Shown here: positions 49,859-63,327 of the stretch, piece by piece
Position numbering within the stretch: the stretch's first letter is position 1
How the letters are laid out: each line of letters opens with the position of its first letter
Source of the DNA: the human T2T-CHM13v2.0 reference genome, Homo sapiens
Strand: one strand, 5' to 3'
Assembly: GCF_009914755.1 (NCBI RefSeq)
Contig: NC_060937.1
Length of the DNA: 64,000 bases
Notes under the pieces: model-generated
What the model was told of the DNA's origin: nothing
Database searches by the model: none
What the model saw: only the letters and a program-made list of their open reading frames with translations
Position numbers and translations under genes: made by a program

Positions 49859-50709
49859 CTGGAAATAATTTTTAATACTAGTTTTATTTTTAGTTTGTTT
49901 TTATTTCTGATACAAGAGGCTGTACATATTTTTCTTTTAAATTTGGCTATTAATTTAGGTTTCTGGTATAGTGACTCCACATTCACTTGGAGCTACACCA
50001 TTCACATTTACTAGTTTAGATATATTGAGTATAAGATTACTTTTGAGAGTATCTATGCAGATAGAAGTTTGCTGATGGAAATAAATAGTACCGAATTTTG
50101 GAATATCTTGGGTTTTTAGCAACAGTTTTTCATTGGCAGAGTGCATATGCCAATTACAGGTAATTCTGTCTTTTAAAAAATGTTTAGTGTTCTTTAAAAT
50201 TAGTCTACAGTGTTTTTAAGACTAAAGTCTTTTCCTTGATAACTATATTCTATTTTTTTTCCCCAAGTAGTTTCCACCAGTTATGATACAATTTTAGTTT
50301 GTTACATTTCTCCTTCAAACATTTGTTCCTTTCTTATTTGAATATGTAGGATGTTACATGGAGACAGTTTACCCATACCCCTTTAAAGCATTGTGTGCAG
50401 TACTTCAGTGGTCTTCTGCAACTCTTCTTTTTAATGGCTTATTAATCTGTCCTTGAATCATCCTTTTCCTTAGAGAGAAACTAATGTTTTAAAATGTAAT
50501 TATCAAGTAATCGTTTGGTATCAAGTATTTGCCTTTAACAAATTTAATTTTATTCAACATTTCATTACCTTGATCTCAGGAACTGGAGAGCAGAGTGAAA
50601 GGCATGCACATTAAGATATTGGAGACAGGAATTGGGATCACAGCTTTTTTTTTTTTAAATCAATGAATAACATGCCACAGATCCTGCTTTCAAAGAGCTT
50701 AAAGCCTTC

Positions 50710-52084
50710 TGTGTCCGGAATTGGTGGGTTCTTGGTCTCACTGACTTCAAGAATGAAGCCGCGGACCCTCGCGGTGAGTGTTACAGCTCTTAAGGTGGCG
50801 CGTCTGGAGTTTGTTCCTTCTGATGTTGGGATGTGTTCGGAGTTTCTTCCTTCTGGTGGGTTCGTGGTCTTGCTGGCTCAGGAGTGAAGCTGCAGACCTT
50901 TGCAGTGAGCATTACAGCTCTTAAGGTGGCACGTCTGGAGTTGTTCGTTCCTCCCGGTGGGCTTGTGGTCTCGCTGGCTTCAGCAGTGAAGCTCCAGACC
51001 TTCGCGGTGAGCGTTATAGCTCATAAAGGCAGAGTGGACCCAAAGAGTGAGCAGCAGCAAGATTTATTGCAAAGAACTAAAGAACAAAGCTTCCACAGTG
51101 TGGAAGGGGACCCGAGCGTGTTGCCACTGCTGGCTCGGGCAGCCTGCTTTTATTCTCTTATCCGGCCCCACCCACATCCTGCTGATTGGTAGAGCCTGGT
51201 GGTCTGTTTTGACAGGGCACTGATTGGTGCGTTTATAATCCCTGAGCTAGACACAAAGGTTCTCCACATCCCCACCAGATTAGCTAGATACAGAGTGTCA
51301 ACACAAAGGTTCTCCAAGTCCCCACCAGAGTAGCTAGATACAGAGTGTCGATTGGTGCATTCACAAACCCTGAGCTAGACACAGGGTGCTGATTGGTGTA
51401 TTTACAATCCCTGAGCTAGACATAAAGGTTCTCCATGTCCTCACCAGACTCAGGAGCCCAGCTGGCTTCACCCAGTGGATCCCGCACCGGGGCTGCAGGT
51501 GGAGCTGCCTGCCAGTCCCGCGCCGTGCGCCCGCACTCCTCAGCCCTTGGGTGGTCGATGGGACTGGGCACCGTGGAGCAGGGGGCGGCGCACATCAGGG
51601 AGGCTCTGGCCCCACAGGAGCCCAGGGAGGGGGTGGGAGGCTCAGGCATGGCGGGCTGCAGGTCCCGAGCCCTGCCCGGCGGGAAGGCAGCTAAGGCTGG
51701 GCGAGAAATCGAGCGCAGTGCTGGTGGGCTGGCACTGCTGGGTAACCCAGTACACCCTCTGCAGCTGCTGGCCAGGGTGCTAAGTCCCTCATTGCCCGGG
51801 GCCGGCAGGGCCAGCCGGCTGCTCCGAGTGCGGGGCCTGCCAAGCCCACGCCCACCCGGAACTCCAGCTGGCCCGCAAGCGCAGCTAGCAGCCCTGGTTC
51901 CCGCTGGCGCCTCTCCCTCCACACCTCCGTGGAAGCTGAGGGAGCTGGCTCTGGCCTTGGCCAGCCCAGAAAGGGGCTCCCACAGTGCAGGGGTGGGCTG
52001 ATCAGGTCCCTCAAGTGCTGCCAAAGTGGGAGCGCCAAGAGCGAGCGAGGGCTGTGAGGACTGCCAGCACGCTGTCACCTCTCA
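50710..52084 (-). mobile_element. LTR12C (ERV9/HERV9) solo LTR
   Basis: Reverse complement begins TGAGAGGTGACAGCGTGCTGG and ends CCAATTCCGGACACA; perfect 4-bp TSD cttc (50706-50709, 52085-52088); internal tandem repeats with CCAAT boxes; CpG-rich segment. Confidence 0.95.
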
Positions 52085-52329
52085 CTTCTTCAGGAGGACT
52101 GCAAGTATTCAGGCAATTGACTACATTTTGATAATGCTAAGCTCAAGGCGCAGGGGCCTATGCATATAGGATGGGCATGTAACCTAGTTTTAGGTATCAT
52201 TGCAGATTTTCCAATGGAAATGATAGCTAAGTGAAACCTCAAGTCTGAGTGGTAGTGAGTTAGCTGAAAAGTGAGATTGATGATGGACACAGCTCTAATG
52301 TCAGTGAAAACATCTTATTGCAAAAGCCT

Positions 52330-52760
52330 GGAGGTGAGAGACAGTGAGAACTCTGGAAAACTGCAGATTTGTAGTATGAGGGGCTGCAGTTAGAAAGGGA
52401 GCTAGAGAGAAAATTAGGATCCAGATATGTATGGGCTGGAATGTGATGTAACTTATTTTGAAGGCTATTCTTGTGGTTTGGGGAGCCTCTGAATAATTTC
52501 ATGCAGAAGAGTTAACATGACAGAATTGTGGCATTAGAAAACTCATTTTGGTTTGTTGTGTGGAAAGTAAATTGGAGCATGGCAAAACTTGAAGTTGGTA
52601 GACAAATTAGGATCCTCTTCTAATCCAGGATAGAAACGGTAGACCCCTAAAATAAAGTATTGTATGCAACAAAGTAGATGGTGTTGAGAAAGATAGTGGA
52701 AGTGGAATCCATGGGATTATGTGATCTGTTCAATGTCAGGTGTGAAGTGGAGGGAAGGAT
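52330..52760 (-). mobile_element. L2 fragment
   Basis: ggggagcctctgaataatttcatgcagaagagttaacatgacagaattgtgg...taatccagg. Confidence 0.55.
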
Positions 52761-53277
52761 CATTGATGATTATTTTACTGCATTTGGTTGTAATACCTAT
52801 TAACACACCAGTTTCAGAAGAAATTTATTTAATGTCCTTTAGTTCTAATTGTTCGTTAAGAGGAAATAGTAATACCCGTTTACACCACAGAACAGAGTAT
52901 GGCCGTGTATTTGAATGAGTTTTGTAAATTAGGCAGTGTAGATTTAAAGTAGTAATTGTTTTTATCACCTAATTGGCCAGACTTTAAAAACTGTACTCTT
53001 GCTTTAGCAGAAGGAGGCAAATAACTAAGAAAGCTAGTGTGAAGGAAATCATTTAAAAAAGACCCTAAAAACAAAAACCAAAAAATTGGAGACAAGCTGT
53101 GTCTCAGCAATTAGAAAGTATAACATTAAACATTAGTGTATTTGTCCCTGCTAAACCAAGAATAATCAGTTTTCCTGATGAAGCCTCAAAGGTTTTATAT
53201 TTTGGAAAAAAAGACTCAATTATTTTTACTATGCTGTTTTTACAATGATAGAAAAGTGTACTAAATTTTAGAAAGCT

Positions 53278-53574
53278 TTTTTTTTTCTTTGAGACGAAGA
53301 GTGTCGCTCAGTCACCCAGGCTGGAGTGCAGTGGCGCGATCTTGGCTCACTGAAAAGCACCACCTTCCGGTTTCAAGTGATTCTTGTGCCTCAGCCTCTC
53401 AAGTAGCTGAGTTTACAGGTGTGGGCTGCCACACCTGGCTAACTTTTGTGTTTTTAGTAGAGATAGGGTTTTGCCATGTTGCCCAGGCTTGTCTGGAACT
53501 CCTGGTCTCAAGTGATCCACCTTCACGACCTCCCAAAGTGCTGGAATTGCAGGCATGAGCCACTGTGCCCGGCC
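53278..53574 (-). mobile_element. Alu (J/S)
   Basis: Antisense dimer; TSD gaaag(c/a)ttt. Confidence 0.92.
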
Positions 53575-54284
53575 GAAAGATTTGGAAGTATATTAAAACA
53601 GAAAGAATCTTCTGCCTGACTTTGAGTTAACTGGATTATGTGGAAGCTAGAAAGCCATTCCTGAGCCCAGGATTGTTTAAAAGTTTCTGCTTTACTTTAT
53701 ATATGAATGCAGAATAGTTTGAGGACAGCTTTTAGGGTACAGATATAACTCTTACCTGTAGTGTCTTGAAACAAATTATTATTTTTTTTTAATAAACAGT
53801 CACTGATTCCCTTCTAGAACCAGCTGTAAACTCCTAAGTGGCTTTCATATGAATGGGTAGCAGGATTCTCATCCACAGAATAGAAAATTAAGGATTGGTA
53901 AGTAGGCAGTAGCAAGTGAGAAGGATGTCTGAATCATGAATGGTGGTCGGCGTTGACACTAATACCACTATCAAAATGTATGGGTGTTTAGCATCTGGGA
54001 AGAATGATTCGAATGTGCCTGTCTTTGTTGTAGTGTTTTCTGCGCTTCCTTGTGTTTTGCCCTGTTCACCAGCAATACCGAGTTCGTAGATCGTCTGATC
54101 CAGTGCATTATAAGAGAGGAAGTACATGTTTTTTCCAGTATTGTAGCGCCAGGGTTAGTTCTATGTTATCTAGGTTCAGAAGATGAGTAATGACACAGGA
54201 TATAACAAGTAAGGCCAGGCAGGGAAGGTACCAACATGGTAGTTTGGGGTGGCGGGCTGCCCATTTTCTCATAATTACTAACCT

Positions 54285-54790
54285 TAATTGAGTACCTACT
54301 GTGGGCCAGGTGCTGTTCTAATGTGTTTCAGCCTTGACTAATTTCATCTTCTTAATAACCCTATGAGATAGATACTGTTATTATGTCCATTTTACAGATG
54401 AGGAAACCGAATACCAGAGAGGCACTCTAGTAACTCAGTCACAGTCACAGAAGCAGTATTGGAGCCCAAGCCTTCTGGCATAGCGCCTGTGTTCTTTTTT
54501 TCTTTGAGACGAAGTCTTGCTCTGTCGCCCATACTGGAGTGCAGTGGCACTATCTTGGCTCACTGCAACCTCCGCCTCCTGAGTAGCTGGGATTGCAGGC
54601 ATGCGCCACCACGCCCGGCTAATTTTTTTGTTTTTTTTTTGGTAGAGACGGGGTTTCACCATATTGGCCAGGCTGGTCTTGAATTCCTGACCTCAGGTGA
54701 TCCGCCTGCCTCTGCCTCCCAAAGTGCTGGGATTACAGGCAGGAGCCGTTGTGCCCAGCCCACACCTGAGCTCTTAACTGCAAGGCTTGG
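54285..54790 (-). mobile_element. MIR SINE containing an internally deleted AluS (54495-54760, -)
   Basis: Core ccattttacagatgaggaaaccga. The Alu right arm jumps aacctccgcctcc|tgagtagctggg (gcctcc microhomology deletion). Confidence 0.8.
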
Positions 54791-55455
54791 TTACCCCACA
54801 GGCCATGTTCTAGGTATTAACAAATAAATGACATTTGCAGAAAAGGCACCAGATTTTTGTTAACTCTTTTCACGTTTTTTCTGGTTAGTTTTTACTACCA
54901 TTTAGTTAGTTTTTGTAGCATCATCCACCACTCCCATCATATTCACAGTTAAATAGTACTTTTTACTGTTACTATTCTTGGGTTGGGTGATAGAGCCCAC
55001 TTAATGTGAGTTGTTTTGTAATAGAGGAATAAGAGGAATAAAAGAAATGGGTACTGGTTTGCTTGGTTTCTTTCCCTTTTCTCCGTTTCTTAAGCTACTC
55101 TTTTGGCATTGTATTCTTAGTACTTTCCTGTAACTCTTTCCCCATCGGTGCTCAAAAGAGTTAAATAGCTTCAGAACCTGAGTGTGCCTTCCCTCAGGAC
55201 AAGCTGGGATTACAGAAAGAATGGACCACCAGGTAGTTTATCACTTAGAAGAATAGAATAAAATGATATCATTGGACTCTTTTTTCCCTACCTCCTGATT
55301 GGAAACCATCAGGAATACCATCATCTGAGCATTGTTGCTGACACATTTTTAATTTTTTTGTGTACTTTTTGTTTTCTCAATTGTATTACTTGTGATATGA
55401 AAATAAAACTATTCTAAAGACTTCAAATGAAAAATTTTTAAGGGAAAATGAATAG

Positions 55456-55803
<348 letters not shown>

Positions 55804-56077
55804 TGACTTTTCTTCCACTTTGGGGAGGATTATTATGTAATGTGTCAGAAATTTTCTTTTAATAAATTATAGGATATTATTGAACATTATGTTAACAGAG
55901 TTTATTGTTCTAAGCCCTTTCATATTTTCATGTATTGTGTGTCATGTAATCATAGATGTGAGAGCTGTCTTAAGAATATTTTAAAGAGTGTTAAGAATAA
56001 TCAGCTCCACTTTTTCTTCAAATATTGCCAAGCTGTATTTGTGAAGAGATAATGTTGTTTTGTTTAAAATATATTTA

Positions 56078-56445
<368 letters not shown>

Positions 56446-56785
56446 TTATGAAATAAAGTTTGATATCTATACATTGAAATGAGCTGCTTTCTTTTGTTTT
56501 GTATTATAACTTAAACTTGTGGCTTTTCAATTTGAAAACTTATTGCCATGTAGAATTTGATTTTTTTTTTTTCCTAATGCAACACTTTACTTAAAAATTA
56601 TGGAGTAGAACTATATTTTTTAGAAGAGCAGGTTTTACAAAACCTAAAATTCAAACTCTGGAAGTTGCATGATGTGGTGGAAGAAGTGCTGGACTGAGAA
56701 TCCCAAAAATATTGGGCTTGGTTTTGCCCAATGCCAACAGTATTTCACTGAGTGCACCTTGTTTTAAACTGAAGCAAAACTGAAG

Positions 56786-57374
56786 TGTAAAAAGTAAAGT
56801 AGAGGTTCCTCTTCAAAGACTTTCCTCCCCATCTAATTAGGAATAAATAGTAACTTCTCTTAGAAGCAAAATTTATTCTAAGACCTGTGCTAACATTCTT
56901 AAATATCTGCTAGCTGTAATAAAGAAATCAATGTACTTTATGTTCTCAGCTCCCACAATTTAGCCTAAATATTTGCCCTGGCATGCTTATACTGGTCCAA
57001 GCAAGCATTAAGTCATAGCCTGTTCCTCTTCCTTATTTGAAGGTGTTTTTACCTTTCTCAGTATTCCACAAGTTACTTCCTCCTTCCTTTGTTCTCCTCT
57101 GCCGTTGCCTCTTTTAAAAAGTTCTATGTTGTTAGCCAATTGGGACAAATACAAAATGTGAGGTCCTGTTCCAGCCAATGGAAACCGGACACAGCAGTAG
57201 GGTGGGCGCCTCAGGTTATAAATGACCCTGTCTCCTTTGTTCAATGTACTCTCGTGGCAAAACTGCTGGCGAATGTACCCTTTCTGCAGAAAGTAAACAT
57301 GGCCTTGCTGAGGAAATTAAATTTATGTTCCAGTGCTGTTTCTTTACGGCACTGGGGAACAAGCATTTCTAACA
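56786..57374 (+). mobile_element. LTR10-family solo LTR (LTR10C-like, ERV1) inserted into a MIR-like remnant
   Basis: TG...CA termini with perfect 4-bp TSD gaag. Start tgtaaaaagtaaagtagaggttcctcttcaaag matches recalled LTR10C. CCAAT boxes, TATAAA at 57217 and ATTAAA at 57316 occur in LTR order. Confidence 0.85.
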
Positions 57375-57745
57375 GAAGCCTGTCTGGTTCTGAGTCCCTG
57401 CCCTGAACCCCTGCCTTTGGATGTCAGTTAACTCACTTATAAAACCGCTGCTCTGGAGATGAATAGTTCTGTTGGCATTTGTGAGATTGTGTCTTATCCT
57501 AACAGACTAATTTTTATGGAAGCTGATGCGGATAGTTGTTTATTCATGGAAGAAATAATGTGTTGATTGCGTTAATTTGCTAAACTCTGGGGATTTAGTA
57601 GAGAGTAAGACAGCTAGTTGTTGCCCTCATGAAGGTTAAGTGTGAAAAGGGCTGCATAATTGCAGGGCGTGGTGTATGTGTTCATGTGGCAATGATACCT
57701 AGCCAGGTGTGGGAGGACTGGAAAGGCACTCTAAAGAAAGTGGCA

Positions 57746-58040
57746 GGCTGGGCGCGGTGGCTCATGCCTGTAATCCCAGCACTTTGGGAAGCCGAGGTGG
57801 GCGGATCACCTGAGGTCAGGAGTTAGAGATCAGCCTGGCCAAAAATGGTGAAACCCTGTCTCTACTTAGAATACAAAAATTAGCCGGGTGTGGTGGTGTT
57901 TGCCTGTAGTCCCAGCTACTCAGGAGGCTAAGGCAAGAGAACTACTTGAACCCAGGAGGCAAAGGTTGCAGTGAGCCGAGGTCGTGCCACTGCACTCCAG
58001 CCTGAGTGACAGACTCCCATCTCAAAAAAAAAAAAAAAGA
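57746..58040 (+). mobile_element. AluS
   Basis: TSD aaagaa(a/c)gtggca. Confidence 0.94.
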
Positions 58041-59212
58041 AAGAACGTGGCATTAGCTGAAACTGGAAGCATGCCACCCTGGACTCTGGGAGGAAATGGT
58101 CATTTTCCTGTCACCCAGACTACTGCCTCCCAGCCTGACTCTTCAGATCCCTCTTGCCTCTCAAAGTGTTCATTTGTTTGTTCATTCATTCATTTATTCT
58201 TCCAACAACTGTTGGTTGAATAACAACTGTGCCAGGCGTGTGCTCGGGATTTGAAATACCTAACTTGAACCAGCTGGACAAGGGTTTCTGTCCTTATGGA
58301 GCTTACATTTTAATGGGCTAGGGAGGTGCAGAGGGTGGACAGTGCACATCATAAGTAAGCAGATGCTATGCCAGAATTCTCCAGCCTGCAACCAGAGCTA
58401 GCCCTTCATTTCCTTGCTCTGAGGCTACAGTTCAGTTTCTCTCATGTGGCTGTGAGGCCCAGCCTTCCCCTCGCCTCTCTCTTCAGGTCCCAGACACTGT
58501 TTTTCACTACGCTTCTATTTCTAAGGTGTCTTTTCAGTTACCACGCCTGAGAAAGTTTTCAGGAATCTATTTTTGGATTAGAGATCCCCTGTTGTCACAT
58601 GCCCTCTTTAAAACTTGTACATAACATGCACCACATAATCATTCCTTAGCTGCTGTGTGGCTGTATTTAAGGTTTGTCTTTTCCACCAGCCTGTAAATTA
58701 CCTGTTGGCCAAGATGATGTCTTTCTTGTTCCGTCCCGTGTCTTCAGGGCCCAGAATTGGGCCTATTGTAATAAAAGCTGGTTTGGTAAAAGGGGAGAGA
58801 GTTACTGGCTGAGGCTGGCTGAACTGAGAAGGCTGTGCAAGGCTGGGGAGCCTGCCTGGGCCTTGGGCTGCAGGGTAAGATGCAAGATGAACAGGGGTGG
58901 GGCTGAGACTCATGCTTAGGCGGACAGGATCAAGTATTGAAACCAGCCTAGGGAGTTCAAACTTGGTTTTGAGGCAATGGGATGTCATGAAAAGCTTAAG
59001 TGATTTTGGGGACTCCTAGTTTGTTTTGATAACATTTAATATTCTCAAAATCATTAATAATTTGATAACTTCAGGCATGGCTGATTTAATTTTTAAACTA
59101 TGAAAATATGAAGTATGAAATTATGATTCTTATGGTAAAAAAGTTCAACGTGTACCTAAGAGCATACAATTTTAATTTCCCTTTTCCTACAACTTTTAAT
59201 CCTACCTTTTAC

Positions 59213-59354
59213 ATTTATTTATTTATTTATTCTTAAATATAGACAAGGTCTTGCGATGTTGCTTAAGTCAGTACAGAACTCCTGGGCTCAAGTGGTCTTC
59301 CTGCCTGGGCCTCCTGAGTAGCTGGGATTATAGGCCTGAGTTACCATGCCCGGC
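59213..59354 (-). mobile_element. FLAM-like Alu monomer
   Basis: Single arm with (TTTA)n tail. Confidence 0.8.
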
Positions 59355-59818
59355 TGTCTGTCCTACTTTTGAGCAGTAAATTGGTTTCTGTAGCTGTCTA
59401 ATGCTTAAACTTTCCTGTGCGTTCAAATGTGTATTTCTGTCTTAATGTAGGTAAGGTCATACGCTATGTACTCCAACTTGCTACCCCCGCCCCCAGTATA
59501 TACTTTATTTTGCTTATTTTTACAGTGTAAGAGTTACTCTCTTAAAGCTTAATTGTCATTTGTCATTGCCTTGTATAGAACCAAGGCATCTTGGACTGTG
59601 TACCAAATCCCATAAGATCTGGCCAGAACAGGGCCACGCCGTCCATACCTCCTTATCTTGTGCTTTGCTGCCACTTCCTTACTGTGTTTCAGCTTTAGCT
59701 GCCTGATATTCTTTCCCTATGAAATTGCTTCCTCATCTAGGATTTTTATATGTGTGGTTCCCTCTGTCTAATGTTCTTTCTCCCTGATCTTTCCATGGTA
59801 GCTAGCTGTTTATGTTTA

Positions 59819-59834
59819 TGTGTGTGTGTGTGTA

Positions 59835-59878
<44 letters not shown>
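59819..59878. repeat. (TG)n microsatellite
   Basis: About 60 bp of near-perfect TG repeat. Confidence 0.97.
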
Positions 59879-60170
<292 letters not shown>

Positions 60171-60434
60171 TAGATGTCTTTATCCTTAGGTTTAAAATTT
60201 TACTCCAGAAGGGCCCTTTCTGAGCAGCCTGTCTGAAACAAGTTCTCCCTAGTATTCTTGCCTGAGTACTCTGTTTCTATGTAACATTTATTTTAGTTAT
60301 CAATTGATTTGTTTATTTTCTGTTTCTCTCATTAGTTTGTAATAAGCTCCATGAAGGCAGAAGATGTATTTCATGTAGTGTTGCTGGGCAGATAGTTATT
60401 GAATTAATGTATAAGTGGTTGAATAAGAACATAT

Positions 60435-60950
60435 AGATCAACTGCATTCTTTTTAAAGGCTAATATTTCATTTTATGGATGTACCAGTCCTTTGTTGAAG
60501 GCTTACTAAATTGTTTTTCAGAATTTTTTTCTTATTAAAACACCACCAACGAATTCAAAATAATGAATTTCTTTGTATGTCTCTCTGTGTTCACTCATGT
60601 GGGTATATCTGTAGGATGACTTCCCAGGAGTAAAATTTCAGAACAAAAGATAACGTGTCCTCAAACTTTTGGTAGATACTGACAATTTCTTTTTAAAAAG
60701 ATTATCCCATTTTCTATGACACCAGTAATATGAGAAGTATTTAACTTTGTCATCCTGGCCATTATCAGATTTTAATTTGCTAGAGGAAAAGTGAGATCTC
60801 ATTGTTTTAATTTGTATTTCTGTAATTAGGAGCAAGGCTGAGCACAGATATTGTGCTTCTGGAACTGTTTTTCTGTGAGCTTTTAATTTAATCTTTTGTG
60901 ATGATTGTTGGTCCTTTTTTTAGTTGATTCAGAGTTTGATTAAAGTTTTT
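60435..60950 (-). mobile_element. Old L1ME-like fragment
   Basis: Degenerate ORF2-end/3'UTR motifs (tctcattgttttaatttgtatttct...ggctgagca). Confidence 0.6.
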
Positions 60951-62372
60951 TAAACTTATGATGTTATAGGCAACCTTTACAGTGTGATGTCACTTAGTGC
61001 CATTGAATTTGGAGCTATATAGGGCTTTTTATCTCTTCAAAAGTAATTTTGTAGAGCCTGATAATAAAACTTCATGTTCTCAAAGACCATATTGGGGCTG
61101 AGTGTATAATATTTAGTAGTTTATTATTGAAACAGTAATAGAGATTTTAATGTCCAGTGCATAATAGGTCCTCAGTAAAGTATTTTTGGATGAATGAGTG
61201 ACAAGTGAAAAGTTAATTTTTAAGGCAGCTTGATTTTATTTGAAAGTTCATTTAGAAGAATCTAATTTTCATAGTAAGAAGACTTAGCATGCTGTTAAGT
61301 TGAAAGATAAGCTTGCTTTGTGGCATGCTATAGAAGTGTTGGATTTGTGGCAGTGGAATTTTTAATTTGCTGTGTCAGATATAGATATGGCTTTATGTAT
61401 CCATACACACCCAGCTATAACATGTATATTCAAATAAGTGACAAAATATGTCTAATGAATTTTTGAATTACCTTTTAAAACTTGCCTGTTAGTTCTCTCA
61501 AGTGATGAACTTTTTACAATAGCAGTTTATTTTCTCTCATCACGTTGGAAAGAAATGTTAAAAGTTTTCTTCTAGGTTTATTATAATCCAGTCTTCATCA
61601 GCCATCACTCTTCCTGTATTTTGTTCAAGAGGCACTAATTGTTCGCATTTGGCAGGTTTAACACTTCCTGACAGAGAGGCTATTAAGGGGAAGTATTCTC
61701 CAATAACTGTCACTGGCTGGAACAAAGAACCTTCCAACTCAATGTGTGGAAACCACTAACATTCTTAAATGACCCTTTTCATGGATTTTCATCCCTTTAA
61801 GCTAAAGTTTGGAGAATGTAGGGTCAGCGAAAACAGCAACGTGTAATAAAGCAGTAAACCTTGATTTTGGAAGGCATAGGGTGGGAGATATAGATTTATC
61901 TCTGACTTGAAAACAATTGTTATTTGGAAAATCTCATTAGCAGATGTGACTGCTTGGAGTAAAAAAAAAAAAAAACAACTTAAAACTGATGTCGCTTTCA
62001 GGACCCCTTTGAACTTAACAAGCACCTATTTGTGGAGCAGACTGGCTAATGAAAGGAAATTAAATTTTTCTGACAACTTCCCCTGCCAACCTCCTTATTC
62101 AGGGGATGTTATTAGGTACTGAAGAACTTTAAGGAAGATTTTTTTTTATTAGACATAAGTGAACCAGTTATAAACATCCCCCCCCGCCCCCTTCTCGGAG
62201 GATTCTGACATGGTTGCTCTACATTTTAAACGTATTAGCTTAAAAGCTTAAAAAACACTGGGCTTCACTTCAGCATTTTAGTCATTTTCTAAAAATTCAG
62301 TCACACTTACCAGCTGTGGTTTCAAAACAATATTGTCAGTCTTTGTGGTAGTTTAGTTTGTGTCACTGAATT

Positions 62373-62421
62373 ACACAAACACACACACACACACACACAC
62401 CCCACACATACCCACACACAC
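62373..62421. repeat. Interrupted (CA)n microsatellite
   Basis: Seen directly. Confidence 0.92.
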
Positions 62422-63327
62422 GAAGGAGGCTTAGATTTCAACATTATCTTTATTGTTATTTGGGGAAATGATTCAGCAGTGTCCTGTGTTGGATGTGTTA
62501 GGTGAGGGTTAATGATCAGTGAAATTACTTAGATTCAAGGGAAGTTTTTGTCTTTTCATCTTCTTAGAGGTAGAAGTGGCATTGGTTAATATTTAGCAAT
62601 AACTAATCCTTAAATGGATAAACTTTTACCCCTTACTGTTTAGGAAGGTATTTTCTTTCTTTTGCTTTTTGGAGTTTTTTCCTCCAGTAGTTGGTTCGTT
62701 GAAATTAAAGTTTTTTTTTAATTTATGTAACAAGATACAATTGTAGAGATAAAATATGTACCTGAAAAAAAAAAAAAAGAAAGAAACAATAGAAAAGAAA
62801 AGGTAATGCAGATTACCAAAAGGATTTTTTGGAACAATTCGTAATTCCTGTAGGTACTGGAAATTAACTTTCATATTTCTGCAAAATCGATCAACTACTC
62901 CCAAACAATAGAGAATCAACTCCCCCTGCTGACAGAATCTAGGAAAACATGACACATAATATTGGACAGAAACAAGCTGGCTGCGGACAAGCTTTAATGA
63001 CCTGATTTATGATTCAGTATTGATTGTAAACATCTAAATTCTGCCATTAAATTCCGGCAACTGCACCAAATCATTGGCAATTCTGGTAGTGCTTCCTGCC
63101 AGCTCATTTCAACTGCTTTGAGTTTCTTAATATAATAATGATGAGGTAGAATTTACATTCCACTTATGGTATTAATTTTACATTTCTCTGAATGAAAAGG
63201 GTTAGAAGGTAGTAAAATTGAACATTAAATGAATCGGAGGAGACAGTAGTGCAATATATGACTGCCCTAAAGACATTGTGCAATGCCTCATGGGATTAAT
63301 GTTGAGTCTCATTTCCTGCTTTTACAG

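Noticed and set aside
51180-51450. Repeat-spacer-like array (cctgagctagacac, gctagatacagagtg)
   Set aside because: These are the normal internal tandem repeats of LTR12, not a CRISPR array; there are no cas genes and the DNA is primate.
51386-52078. Longest ORFs in the window (220 aa, 188 aa and overlapping ones)
   Set aside because: All lie in the GC-rich part of LTR12C, are open on both strands and show no protein-family motifs.
53888-54127. 79-aa minus-strand ORF in unique sequence
   Set aside because: No recognisable domain or promoter context; the length is within chance.
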